DNA of 64,000 nt from Chrysomallon squamiferum (taxonomy: Eukaryota; Animalia; Mollusca): the NCBI GenBank assembly GCA_012295275.1, contig CM022667.1, positions 18,290,001 to 18,354,000 of the forward strand, in the 5' to 3' direction. The notes below the pieces were generated by a model. That model was not told the origin of the DNA, searched no databases, and worked only from the letters and a program-made list of their open reading frames with translations. The position numbers and the translations under genes were made by a program. Positions 13,791-34,500 of the stretch are shown here, piece by piece (within the stretch, counting starts at the first letter, position 1; each line of letters starts with the position of its first letter).

Positions 13791-16700
13791 CTTAAAAAGG
13801 AAAGCCAATTTTGAGTGTCATTTTTTTTCCATTTTAGGGGGATATTTATTATCCACTAAAATGACAAACAACTGCAAGACATCTAGCATGTTCAAATGTT
13901 TTGGATTGGACATTAAAAGAATAATCGGTGATTGTTGGTGTACATTAGCTTGTGATGAAGTGCGCCATTATGACAATACACACTGATGATATATACATAA
14001 AAACAAGTAATTAATCTAGTTACAAGATATCTTGGGATCTCAGATATACCCATGTGACATGTACTGTTGATGCTCTGTAGAATGGAAAAAGCTTCACTGC
14101 AAATTTGAGAAAAATGAATATACATTTGATGTATACCTGACTTTGAATATGAATAATCATTATAATCTCTTATGGTCAAAACTGAATATTTGGTGATACA
14201 TTTACGTATTTATTTTTGGGGCATCAAAAGTACTAAAGTTTATGAATAGTCATCAGTTATTCTTCATTTAACAAAATAACAAAAACATTTGAGTTTACAT
14301 TTATTATTTACTGTAATTTGTATTCAACAGTAGTATGTGAATTATAAATTTAGTGATGTTCACATGCAAAATAAATGTTTGTTTTAACTGGCATATATGT
14401 ATTAGTTGAACATTTTTGTTATCTAGAAAATTTGTTTGAATAATAATAATAATAATATATTAGCCATTAGTATGGCCTGCAGTGGTTATTTGTAGTTAAT
14501 AATAGATTTGGTTTAAAAAAAAAATTGAGACACACTTTCAGAGTATTATTAAGTTAATGGTTAGGATATTTTTATGTTCTTTAGAAACAAATATTTTATT
14601 TTTATTCAGCAAGTTAAAACCTTGGGTACAATAAAGATAAAACAAATGTCCAATAAGTTTTAGATACTGCTTGTTTAGAGAAATGAAAAGAAAAAACCCT
14701 TTTACGTTAAAATAAATCTTTATAGTCTAAATGTTTAGCTGGCCTTTAACTTTTAAAAAGTAATTCATTATAATGATTCTTTCAAAGATAAAGTTAATAT
14801 GAAGTTGATTTTGTAATAAATATCAACATGTTATCTTGTGCTATATATTTAATAATTAATTTAATTTTTTTAGCAATAACTCACATATAATGATAAAATT
14901 ACTTTTTTTTGGTACTAATTATTGTTTTCAACTGTACAAATTGGAAGATTCTAAAAAAAAATAGATGTAATATCATCACAGAAATACTGAAAATTTAGTG
15001 TGTTATTAAGATGGTTTCTATTTTTTCATTTCTTCCTTCCCATTCTTTTACATAAAAAAAAAAATGTGTCTGTGTGTGTGTACACACACATTTAGACCTG
15101 GTTTTGTAAAACCAAATATATAATTCTTGAATATATAGAAAATAATTTACCTACCTGTTTAATCACTTTTTTAAAAATGGATTTCTAGATAATACTAAAA
15201 ATTGGGTTGTCCACATTTAGAGTTATATTGGGTGATATTTAATACTCCAACCTGTTTACATTATCTAGCATTTCCTTTACACAATAAACAAGTATTTCAA
15301 ATTTCTGTCCAAACTTCATTGCTGCCATAAAACCTAATAATTTATCTATTGTTATTTAAAAGAGCTTTTGGTTTTAAAAGGTTAACAAAATAAAATGAAT
15401 GTATCTTTGCAAGCAGTTACTATTTTCTTATAGTCTTCATTTTTAATGCTTGAACTAATGTTTTGTTAATTTTCTTTCTTCAAATGTAAATTTTTTCAAA
15501 GCTTGTAATAATTTGTGAACCATTTCTAACAAAATGAATGTGCTATAAATATTGATCAGACCTTTACTAATGTTTCAAAAATTAAATTAGAATTTCTGAT
15601 TTCAAAAACATATTTATTAGAATTTTGAAGCTTTAATAAAAATTTAATTTTTTTTAGTGAATATGAATATGTTAGTGTTGAAATGGATTGCTTAAAACTT
15701 ATTTTTGTTTTTCATCTTAAAATTTGTTAAAACCCAACTAAACAAATACATAATTTTATGTTCTTTTAATGAATGATTTGTTTTTAAAATTATCTCACTA
15801 CCACTTGTTTTGGACAGTATTTGTAAATACATGTCTAATGCTCAACATTTCATATCTTCACTGCTTGTACCAGTATGACAATATCTCAAAATTGTTATTA
15901 TTTTTAATTAACATTTTTTTTTTTCTAACTACAAAATAAATATGTCTAATTTTTCAATCGTACTATTTGGAAAATATAATAAAATTTTGTATATATGTAT
16001 TTTATTAGGTATGTAAAACAATTTTTTGAGATTAGCCATTTTATTGAGTTCTCTTCTGAAAACACTAGCAACTTTCCAGCTTATTTCACCAGTGTATACT
16101 GTTTGAATAAGTACGATTGGTTTATGTATTGAAAATGTGTTTGAGTATTGATGGTTCTTCCATTATTTAGGAGTAAACAAATTAAAGTTATTTATCTGTT
16201 ATTAAAACAATTACATAATATTATCACCTCTTAACAAATACATTCATGTGAAATATTTAAAAATATTATTTTTATACATTACAAAAGTCTATTATACGCT
16301 TGAAACAGTTTTAAACAAAAAAGTAAGCTTACATAGGGTTTTGACTATAGAAATGATAGAAAGTGTTTAGTAAATCATAAAAATCACACTGAGATTTTCT
16401 TTAATATGGTTCTTCAACATTTCAGCTTTAAGTAGTATGGTTCATACAAATTAGATATTACTGTAAGTAAACTAGATCACTTCAGTACTGAAACCACCAA
16501 ATCATATTAAAACAAGAAATGTTCTTGGGGTATTGATGGATGTATTTGCCATCTGTTCAAAGTCAAGCCTTATGAATTCTTTCAGTTAGTTATATATATC
16601 AAGTTATTGTTCAGTGGTATTAACTTGTAAATACTTGCTGTTTTATCCATCAGTGTTTTAATGTTTTGTAACTGTGGCCATTTAGTGAAGTAATATATGC

Positions 16701-17984
16701 TGCTGGTTTTTTTTTTAAATTTATTTTTATTATTATATATTTATTCATTTATTTATTTCAATTTTGTGATGTCAGTTTAGTGAGCTATTGATAAATTGCT
16801 TTTGTGGAAATATTTAAAAGTATGTAATTTGACACTGGAAAAAAATAAAAGGTCAATTTGTGAGGGGAGATGGGAGTTGGTAGATCTAAAACAGTATTTT
16901 AGTACAATTTATTTTATGAATGGCCATATTATAAGATATTGTATTGGAAATCGGTATAATTTTGTAATTAGTTATAAAACAGACCTAAAATCATAGTGTC
17001 AGCACCTTGTAGAGGAAATTTGGTAAGCAATGGCTCTTTGCCAGTCATTTTTTTTAATGTTTTATTTATTTTTAGAATTAAAATGTCTAAATTTAGGTTA
17101 ATGTAAGAAATCCTTTAGCAGATTAGTACGGTCTGAAATTGTTTTTGTGGCAGGAACATGAAAATGCTGAAAATAATAAACTACTGTTAATTGCATATTA
17201 TAAATAATTTAAGGTTTATGCATTTCTCAGTACAGTCAGATAATGATTTTTTTTTAGGTTTAAAAAATAATTCTCATTGGTGATAAAATTTAAAATTTAT
17301 TTCTGTGCAGTTTTTGTAAAAGCAGGTAACTTTTTTAAAAACAGACCAATTTTAATTACAATTTAAAAGCTATTTTTAGCTAACTTGGTGATATCTGAGT
17401 ATGTTATTTGTTCATTTGTGTAAAGGGTTGTGTCGTCTACTACCTTAATTTTGTTACTGTTTTGGCTGGCTTAGCCCAAAGTTCATTTGTATAAAAAAAA
17501 AAATCTTTCTGCTTTCAAAGTCAGAGTTGTACATATATATATTTGTATTTGTATAAAATTGTGTGGTTTTATGAATAAAAATGTAGATAATAGAATGCAT
17601 TTGTATTTTATTAATTGAGTCATGTTTCAACATACCATGTCTGTAATCTCCTGTGTTCTTCATTTAAAAAGGTATCTGAAAGACAGATACTCTACATTAT
17701 ACAATTCTTGTTTAATATTGGGAAAAATTATAAATAACTAAATTTATATATCAACATATCACAATTTATGGACACAAACTATACTAAGAGTTGAAATAAA
17801 AAATGGTATATGGTAATTTAAACAAATTAAATATTTAATTAAAAAATTCCTGAATACTTTCAAAACATCTCATTTCTAATTTAAGTCTAAAATACTGGCT
17901 CCTGCATCTTGTCCTCTCTCTCTCTGTATACTGAGAATGAAAAAAACATATGGCAATTTAAAAAATAAATAAAATATTTTAAAA

Positions 17985-24297
<6,313 letters not shown>

Positions 24298-25385
24298 TTA
24301 ATCTAAAAAATATAAATGAAACATTACCACAGTTATGAATAATAAAAAAAAAAAAAAAAAAATGCAAACATCATTATATAACCTCATACACAATACACAA
24401 TTAATAGCACAAAAGAAGAATGCACTCAGTTTCATATAATTCACAGATGAACATTATTTGTAAACAGTGAAAGATTTATATCTCAAGAATATTATTCAAA
24501 CACAATAATAAAATTAATAAAAGTAAAACAGTATTCATGACAAGGAAAATACAATATTATTTAAACAGCATCCTGAGGCTTGTTTTTTGAGGGGGTTTTT
24601 GGAGTATGATTCTCCTGCCATAGATGAAATTGCCACAAATCCCATTTCATACAGGTAGAAAAACTGAAGCCAGCAAATGTTATTTATTTTTAATAACTTG
24701 TACGTCGCATATTTTTCTTCTGTGTTCTGTGTAAGTTTAACATATGTAATATTAATACATTCATTAATAAACGAATTATGAAAAATATTCGTTAACCATG
24801 AATTCTGTACAAACTATTAGAAATAAATGTTTTATTTAAATGTAGTTAAGAATTCACTGAATGATAATAAGTTTAACATATAATCATTTTTAAAAAACAT
24901 TAATACTTTCTAGATGCACATACAATGAACAGCCATTTCGCCCAGTACTGCTGTGGCGAGACCACTGGTCCAGCTGTTGTTTTTTTTGTTGAATTTTGTT
25001 TTATTCTATTTAATTATTAAAATCTCTTTTCCAAGTTTCGGTCTTTGTAAATACCAAAATAGTATAAATTTAACACAAAAAAGGTTATTGTTATTCCGTT
25101 CCGAATTATATTATTTATAATTTAGCATATCATTATGATTATCATTTACATGATGTAGGACACAATTATATTTATCATTTTATATAACGAAACAAACAAA
25201 TGAAATAGGAAAAACTTGAAATAATATGAAGTCCATTCCGTAGCATACACCATACTGAGGATACTCATAATAATTTAATTACCACTAAAATCGTGTAAAC
25301 GAAAAATAATGAAAATTTATATTGAGAACATTTGTATAATATTTAAAAAGTCTAATTGGAAAAATCAAAAGTTGCCAACACATAC

Positions 25386-25540
25386 ATGATGACGATACTG
25401 GATGGCTGAGATGCGAAACTTTTACACGACTTCCTGTATAAACTGGAACTACCAGCGAGTGATGTTGATAATGTTAGACACTACATTCCGGGTTAGTTTA
25501 TTGAGTCGCCATGACCAATCGGCACTGACTTCCTGAGAAG
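25386..25540 (-). promoter_or_regulatory. Putative DUS2 promoter and non-coding first exon
   Basis: CpG-richer patch with two GACTTCCTG (ETS-like) sites, a CCAAT box and CATGGCG (YY1-like) on the minus strand. Candidate donor CAT|GTATGT at 25385; the acceptor of the first coding exon is at 24303. Confidence 0.4.
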
Positions 25541-26324
25541 GCAAAAAGAAGAAGAAAAAAAGATGAATCAATTCACAACAGAAAATAATAATACTAAATA
25601 ACGAAATCCATTCTTTTGTCCGCTTTTAAAATATAGTTACTCCATTCACCAATTTCTTTCTTTTACTGAATGTTATGGTTGTAAAGCTATTAAAGTATAT
25701 TTCTATCTATATCTAATTAATTAATACAACATCGTGATTAATTAAAGAATAAGGATTTTTTTTAAGTGGCATGGCTTTCTGAATTAAATCCCGATAGCTA
25801 TGTTACTATAATTCAGTGGCTTTAAATATCAAGACACACACACAACTTAATTACACTTTACCGTTCTGTTACTGAAAACGTAATAACTACAAAATCAAAT
25901 TATGAATTGATTCTTTAGGTTCAATATTTAACACAACTATAAACAATTATTAATGTATTATTATTTCATAAATATTTTAAATCTGACATCAACCAAACTG
26001 AATGCTGCATAAAGCTGATTTTATCTTAAATTTAACCTGATCTCTCTCTTAATCTATTAGAGTTTTTAAACAAAATATTATTCTTTCTTATAATATTTCT
26101 TTCATAAAATATTCAAGCACTTATTTTCTTTACCATAAGATTTGTCCAGTATCAATCAAATGCAATCATACAACACGTTCAGGGCGATGGAATTAAGGCG
26201 CTAATGAATATTCGTACCAGTAATATTTTATGAATATTCAGGTATATCTCTGACAGAACCGCAGAAAGTTTTATTTATTCCAGACTAACAGAATGAAAGT
26301 TGTTACACATGTATATATGCACGC

Positions 26325-26356
<32 letters not shown>

Positions 26357-29300
26357 TATTGTTAGTTTATATATGATAATACATGCTGGTGTTAAATAAT
26401 TGTTTTTGAGTAGTTCATTACAATATTTATTAAGTCATTGCTGTATATATCCAACATAACGTATTAGATAATTAGAATCTACCTTAAAAGTCTATAATGG
26501 CTGTTAGGCCATCTGAATTATTTATGTCAACCACAATATTATAATTTATATTATTATTATCATCATCATGTTAAGTTAATATAAGAGAGCATGAATTATT
26601 ATTATTTTATTTTATTATTATTATTATTTTATTTAATACCAATTCTATGGCATGATCAGTTTTGAATTTTATTTAGCTGATTCACAAAGTGTCATACCAT
26701 GTATCATTGTAAATTGCCTTTAGAAAAATGAGTTTCACAACACAATTCATTCAGTTATGTAAAGATTTGTTTTGATTAATGTTATATATACAAATTAATA
26801 ACGTAAGTGGAAAACAGATGATGTCAAATGCATGTTATAAAGTTGGTGATGAGTAAACAAAAAATTCTAACATTCAAATTCTTAATAGAGACATTAGTAT
26901 GTTGTAATTCATACATTAAATTTACTATTTTAGTTTAAGATATCATATGTGTGGAAGGTACATGCAACTAAATACTTGATATTAGAACTCAAGAATATAA
27001 TGGATTCTGCAAGTGGTAACTATTATCAATGAAATTATCACAGATCACAGATTTCTGCCAAAATTAATATTGACACTTCTTTTGGTTTCTGTATACACAG
27101 TAAGATACCAAACTCATACGACTACTCCAATGATACAGTTGACATTTCAAGCACATGGTGTTTACACCCTAATGATGCAGTATATAGATCAGCTATGAGG
27201 TATGTCATACTCGGTTTAGTACATTCATACATTACCTGTTGTTTATTATCTGTAGTCTACTGAATAAGATCTTTCAATGATATGGTATCTATTAAATATA
27301 CTGATACATGATTTGTTGTACAATTTCTTTCATTAATTTTTTTATTAATAAATTCTTACTTATAAGCAAAACAAATAGCAGCTTTATTTTCATTACATAT
27401 CTAATTAAAGTTTCGGGTAAGAATTGTGTATGAAAAGGAATAAATAAAGATTTATTTAGAATAGCCCATGTCAAAAAAACAGTTTAGTTTCACGTAAGCC
27501 ATTGTTTCTCAAAATGGCTTCTGCATAATATCATTTTCATAGAAATAAACCATTCATTGTCCGAATTTAAAGTTCCAGATTCCATTCCCACTGTTTTGTT
27601 ACTTTTTGAGAAAACTTTGTGATAAACCATGTTCCAAGCAAAAAAAACAACAAAAATTCATTAAAAAGTTTAATTTATCCCTGCTTCCCTTTACTTTCCA
27701 GACTTTTCTCTATGATGTACAATATTAATGAAAGTTGAAACTAATAATAAAAAATTTCCCCCAAGCATTCCTGTGCTTACTTTGTACACTACAATAATTT
27801 ATTATTAATTTCAATGGAAATTTTATATTTACTGTTCTGTATTAATGTCCTATTACTTAGCATTTATCAAAAGTTTTGTATGTGTGGAAGCTATAGATTG
27901 GGTGAAAAGATCTAAGAGCTTTGAAAAAAATAATAAAAGCAAACAGACACTAAAATAGTATTGTAAACAAAAATCTGAATCCAAAATATATTGTTTTTTA
28001 TTGTATTTTTCCCACTGCTGATATCTGTTATTTAAATTAGAACCAGCTAATTACATATCAAATCTGTAACTTACAAATTTGTACATGGATATAATGCAAC
28101 AAATTAATTTTTATCTTACATGTTTGGAATATTTTCTCTTGTTTCAACTTCAGTCAGTCATTGCTTAACATATTATCTAATCTTCTTTCACTTCCTTTAT
28201 TTCTTGGCTATCTATAATTTGGAATAAAAATGAAAGGTTTTTTGCATTAGCTCTATATGACGTATATATAAAAATCTTCAATATATAGATCTTTTCTTTT
28301 TCCATAAATCATGCATTTTGTAAATCACTTATTTAAAGTTGTATCTGGATGATAGATGCATCCATTCCTTCAATAAATCAGAAAAGTCAGATTCATATTT
28401 ATTTAGCAATGTATTAAAATATAAACATAATACAGAATCTCTTTTGTCAAACAGGTAAAATATCATTATGATAATTGTCAGTAAAATATTATATTTATTT
28501 AAGAAGGTAACAAATCAGGAAATACATATTTGTAACAATTTAGCTGTTTATTCCATTACATTATTCTGTGTTACAGACAAGAGTTAATGCTTGAGACATA
28601 ATGATGTGGATGGATGATATCTAATCATCCCTGATGATATTAATGTTGTTACTGGAGTTCTTGTTGGTCTTTTCTTGCCTGGGCATAATGGTAATCATAG
28701 AAAATTAAAATACAAAAAAGATTGTTATGCATCATTGTTCATTTGGTTGTAAAATCTGATTTACGTCAGTGATTTATTAAACTTTTAAAAATTTTGTGAG
28801 AAATAAATTTACTTATACAAATTACAAACACATTCTATTTCATTCTACAACCAAATGTCAAACAAGTGAATGATATTCCAATTGTCCCACAGTGGCAAAT
28901 CTATTAGCTCAGTCATTTTTTCTTTCTCTGGAAAAATTTGATAGGAACAGCTGCGACCATATTCAACATAGTACACCACTGTCAGAACATGATGATATCT
29001 CTGGTAATCTCATTTAACCAAAACCAAACATTAGTATCAGCCCTCCTCCAACAATGAGACCCAGTGATGTTTGTTTCCAAGTAGCTTAAAACATAGAACA
29101 ATTAATCATTAGTTACATTCATGTACATCTGAAACAATATTTTAACAGTAAATAATTATTCTGCCAATTAAGACACCCAGAAGCATATGCATATAGTTGC
29201 TAAATTCTTTTAAGAGTCACGACATTGAAGATTTGGACAGCATTGTGTAATTCTGTAAACAAGAATCACTTTTCATTCTGAACGAGTTAAAAATGAAAGC

Positions 29301-30269
29301 AAATTATATTTAATAGTATTTTACTATGTGTCTTTTAAAAGCTTGTTACCTCCTGTATGCATCTTCAAAAAAAAAAAATAAAAAATAAAAATAAAATTTA
29401 AAAAATCTTCTATAATCTATAAGTGGATTTAACAAGGAATGGTACTCATGCCTAAATAACCTAATCAGCTCTATATGCCCAAATTCATTTCTAGTAGATA
29501 AATACAGAAGTAAAATAAAAATTAATAAAAGTAATTGCACTGATTTCAGGTGGCACATTTCTCCAAATCAACAGTTGTGAAAAATAAATAAATAAATTTC
29601 AGTTTTATTGAGTCGTTTATTTTTTTTTTTTATATATATATTCTGGTTTATTCAGAATCGGGTAGATTCAGTCTGACAGAAAGAAACAAAACTAGTGAGT
29701 GAAAATCGCGCGTACACGAAACTTTCAGGACCTAATTATATTCGCGTTTTTATAGGCCAGGAATTTTTTCGTGGAATCACGCGTATACATAACCTTCAGT
29801 TTTCCGCGGAAACCAGATTGAGGGCGGTAATTCCTTTTTTTAATAGTATAAACAAGGAAAGAAATGGCCTGTGTGGGATATTTAAATGTCCGTCACAGAA
29901 AAATCTTGCCTATAGAGATCATTTAGGATGTTGAACGTAAATGTTTTTGCAATACCGCAATTCTGCTGTGAAAAAATATTGAAAGATAAAACTTTAAACG
30001 TGTGATTCTACTGAAATCACATTTTGGGTGGAGTGATACTAAATCGTAAATGACCAAACCAATGATTTTGGCTGCCGTGTCTGCCTTTAAGATGCAGCTG
30101 CTTTAGGAACTTGACAGGAAGAAAGGTCTGGGAACATTTGTTAAGTTTTATACTATCATTTTGACCCCATTAAACTGACCAAGTAATCTAAATTGCAGAC
30201 TTATTATTATTTTTTAAATTACCCTTGTAAATGTTATAAATTTTGAAATTATTTTCCTTGGGGCGCCAA

Positions 30270-30270
<1 letters not shown>

Positions 30271-30323
<53 letters not shown>
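30271..30323. repeat. (CA)n microsatellite, about 26 units
   Basis: Direct reading. Shorter CA tracts also occur near 3448, 26330, 35460 and 59964. Confidence 0.95.
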
Positions 30324-30325
<2 letters not shown>

Positions 30326-30699
30326 TCCCGTATATAATATATTCATATTTAACGTCTTTTTCCTTTTTTTTTTCTTTTTTTTTTTAAATTTTATATTTTT
30401 GATTATTTTACTTCTCTTGTCACTTACTTTAAAAACAAACAATGCAAACAACTCATTCATATATCATGACTTCCAAATATGAAGTGGCTGTAGTGTGGCG
30501 TAATAAAACTCATGGTGGAACTGTTGACGTTCTTCTGTATAACTGAAAACAGAAAAATACTGAAATTTGGTTTTTTCCCGCTATTCTTAATAATCATTAT
30601 AATGGGTCAGAACTTTGCGTCGTTAAATTTACCGCGCGCGCAAGACATATTGCAACTGAATATTCATGAAGTATTACTCTTATGAATATTTATTAGCAC

Positions 30700-30900
30700 C
30701 TTTACTTCCGTCGCACTGTATGATTGTCATGCTCCGCCTTGGGTACGTGAAACATAAGTTATCCGTTTATTATTTCCTGTTCCGGTTACTTTATGGCGGC
30801 TTGCATGTATTTTAAAGTTTCGTTAATAAACTAATTCGAATCATATTAATAATTCAGTTGAATCATTTAAATTGATATAAAATAGCATGATATTCGAGAG
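30700..30900 (+). promoter_or_regulatory. Putative NUP93 promoter and non-coding first exon
   Basis: ETS-like ACTTCCG, TTTCCTG and TTCCGG; ATGGCGGC (YY1-like) at 30793. Donor GAG|GTAAGC at 30900/30901, with a matching acceptor TTTTACAG at 31445 upstream of the start codon. Confidence 0.55.
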
Positions 30901-31543
30901 GTAAGCTAGCAGTTTGTATCAAAGTACTGAAATAATTTGTCGTTTATTCAACTTGGTTATTTGATGGTATTTTAGATCATTGTATACAGGATTGTATAGG
31001 TTATTTATATTTCAGAGGATCTTTTAAGTGATCCTTTGGTCAACGAATAAATGATTCGCAGTTCGACTGATAACTTTCCCTTCGGCGAAGTACAAACAAT
31101 TCTCTCTAACATCTTTCCACGCAAAAATGAAGTACGATTTCTTATTCTTATAATTCTGATTTTCTCTGGTAACATTTGTTAGCATCTTTAGGTTTTCTTT
31201 ACAGTGGTCAAATAACTCCCAAAGTTGTGTAATAATTGCAACAAAATTGAATACTTGTGAGATGTATAACTTGCAAGGCAGTTAAAATTTTAATCTGAAA
31301 TTTTAATTTATTATTTATTTGTTTACTATGTGCTATGGCTTCTTCGGAAAGTAAATTTAACTACAGTCGATGGTTAATATGACGTGTTACAGTAGAACAT
31401 TATTTTATTTTATTTTATTATAATGATAAAGCATTATTTTTACAGATGAACATAAATAGAAATTGATTTGTGTAGCTAAATGTTTTGAAGAAAAGAAAAA
31501 AACAACAGAAACTAAGAAGAGTAACTAGAATACTGAACATATC

Positions 31544-34500
31544 ATGGATCATGAAGGTGGCTTCGGTGATCTTCTGCAGCAGGCAGAACAGTTAACTGCT
31601 GATATGGACAGTGGGACAAATCTGCCTCATGTTGAACGCAATTTGCATCAGATACTTGAAGCTGGGCAGCGTTTACTTACCAAGACAGCTCCTGTCAGTC
31701 TAGAAACGTCAGACATTAAGGCGTAAGATTATTATTGTAAAATTTACTGAATATTTAAAAAAAAAAACAATAATAATTTATTAATTAAATAAAATACATT
31801 TTTGTTTCAAAATCAACATTGATGTCAAATAAAATTTCAGAAACAATCTGAGGCTTTATATTCTTCCACAGCATAAAACCTTTACATGCTTTTTTGTTTG
31901 TTTCATTATGAATACTATTTTAATTTCTGAAAAACAGTTTCATTGACAGTTGAAAGGATATATTGAATTTTTTTTTTTAAAGCTTAATATTTAAAAATTA
32001 AAATATTTGTGTGGAATGTTAACAAATTACTTATTTTTTACCTATTTGCATTTCCTAAGATAAATAGATCAAGAAATGTATTCTTACAGCTAGTAATTGT
32101 ATTTCTGCTTTTAGTTCCATCTTATTAGGCAGCAAAGGATACGTCGTTCCAAAGATTGCTGATAGGCTTGAAGGACTTAAAGCAACAACAACATTTGAAC
32201 CCCTAGAACCTCTTCATGACACAGACATTGAGGTAAAGTATTAACTACACATTACATCTTGGACTATCACTGCCTGAGAGCATCTAACAGTGTCAAAATT
32301 GTAATATTTAGTTTTCTGTGTGAATCCACTCATATTAATTGCTTTGGAAGTCAGTTAATTTAAAGTTTATTGGTTTATTTTTATTATCAGACAATTTTTA
32401 ATTATTATTCTGAAATAATACAATAATAATATTCTATAGCAAGTAAGGACATCTATCTATAACTATTATTGAAAGCAATCCATGAGAATCCTCCAATTCT
32501 CAACAGTTTCAGAGAACAACTTTATCATAGAATTTTGTGTAAAATCTGTGTCGCACTGTATATTAATTAGAAATAGGTAACAGCAGCATAGCCGATATGA
32601 TTGGTTAAATCTGTTAAATGTTCAGATTTTGTCCACTTTCCTCAACTCCAAAATTCCTTCTATAAATTCTACCATAAAAAACAAACGGGTCATTCCATGT
32701 CAAATCACCCAGAACCCCCCAAAAAAAATTAAACCCTACCATCTCAGATTTTTATGAAACTTCTTATACTTGTTGACTGGGATCCCACAGCACCAAATCT
32801 GAAATATTAGCCTAATCAGACCAGTGGTGTGGGAGATATGGCCACCCGAATTTTGAGATTTTTGGCAAAAATGGGTGTGACCACCAACCTTTGAACCCTC
32901 ATATCTCAGGAACTACTGGGCCAATCTTCATAAAATTGGTATTGTTGAAAAGGCAATGTGACAAGGATTCCAACTCTGCCATTATTGTTCAGTTTGGAAA
33001 ACTTTGCGGTACACTGACCTTTTGACCTTTGCTAGGACCCTTGAGGATCATGTGACCTTGAGATGACCTTTTTTGAAATTTAATTGCCTCATGTTAACTA
33101 AAATATATAAAAGTTTCCTGGGTGTAATATTTTTTGTTTAGCCACAATATAGATCTTGATAAATTGTTCACAACACAGGTTGAATTTGTCAAATAAGACA
33201 AAAACTGAAACCACAGTGTCTATTTGCACTTTTACTCATTCTGCTGTGTGTCATTTTGAAGATTTTGGCATGTTTAGCATGTTATTGTGAACACACATAA
33301 TGACATACAAACATACAGGTCTGAACAAAATTGAGCTTATTTATCACTCTTATTGATTTTCAGCCTTTTGTGTCAATTACTTTTCAAACTATGGTTGGCC
33401 AAAGTAGCCCTTTCTGCTAATTAGCCAAAATAGGGCTGAAAACAACCAAATACGTATCATACCGATTTGCATATATCTTCTTAACTGCTGGAGATGAGTA
33501 ATAATTTTTTGTGTTTTCATTCATTGTGCTACAGCTTTCATTATGTGCTATTGTTTTTGCATATTATTTGAAATTAAAGTCGGAAAAGATTTCCCTGCCA
33601 CTACCTATGTAAAGAATAACCAATTTGTCAGCAAGAGTATATCCAATTTGTAAAGTTTATGGACTAAAGAGAAAGGGAAATTTAAGGTTAGGAATAATAA
33701 CATACACAGTAATGTCTGATAATAATAATAAATTTGGCTGACAATTTTTTTTTTAATTTGGTAATGTTTTGCTCATTGATTATTCAATTTAATAGAATTA
33801 CGGAAATATTTCACGCAAATCCAAATGGATTCAGATGTTTTCTGTTTGTGCGAATCAGATTCAGAGATTTGCCAGATTTTTAGCCTTGACTTAGCACAAA
33901 TGGCAAATTGGCTATCCTTTTTGCTTTATATTTGGATAATATTTAGTTAATAAAAAGAAACACAATCAGTAAAAGACAATTTGGACAAATAAATATTTTA
34001 GACATTTAAAATAAATTTTGGTAACTACTTTGGTTTACTGCAATTTGTATTGTTTATAATAATTTATTTATTTATGTTATTTCAAACATTTATTTCATTT
34101 GTTATTGAGCCTAGCTTCTGTTATTTATAATATTATTGTTATTATTAATTGTCTTTAAGGGTTTTCTTCGGAATGAGAGGGAGAATGCATTTCTGGCAGT
34201 TATTGAACAGACAAGGAAGCACGTAAATATTAAAAATGTTTTTTTTAAATGTTCTGTTATTTTAGATCGTCACTTAAAAAATAAAACTTTTATAACAGCC
34301 TGTTTGTTTGTATATCCACATTATTAAGCGAAATGTCATTAAAGATTTAAAGAATTATAAATGAATAACAAATACTCAAACTCATCTTTTTCTTCAAACT
34401 CACTCAAGCTCTGATATAATTTACTCAAATGTGTTATACTGAACTATTTTACCAACAGTTTAAATACATTTCATTTCAGACATTTGATGAAGTGGAACAT

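Noticed and set aside
13095-13808. Antisense ORFs over CK1alpha (13095-13412, 13376-13591, 13560-13808)
   Set aside because: Shadow frames of a conserved coding sequence with no recognisable homology.
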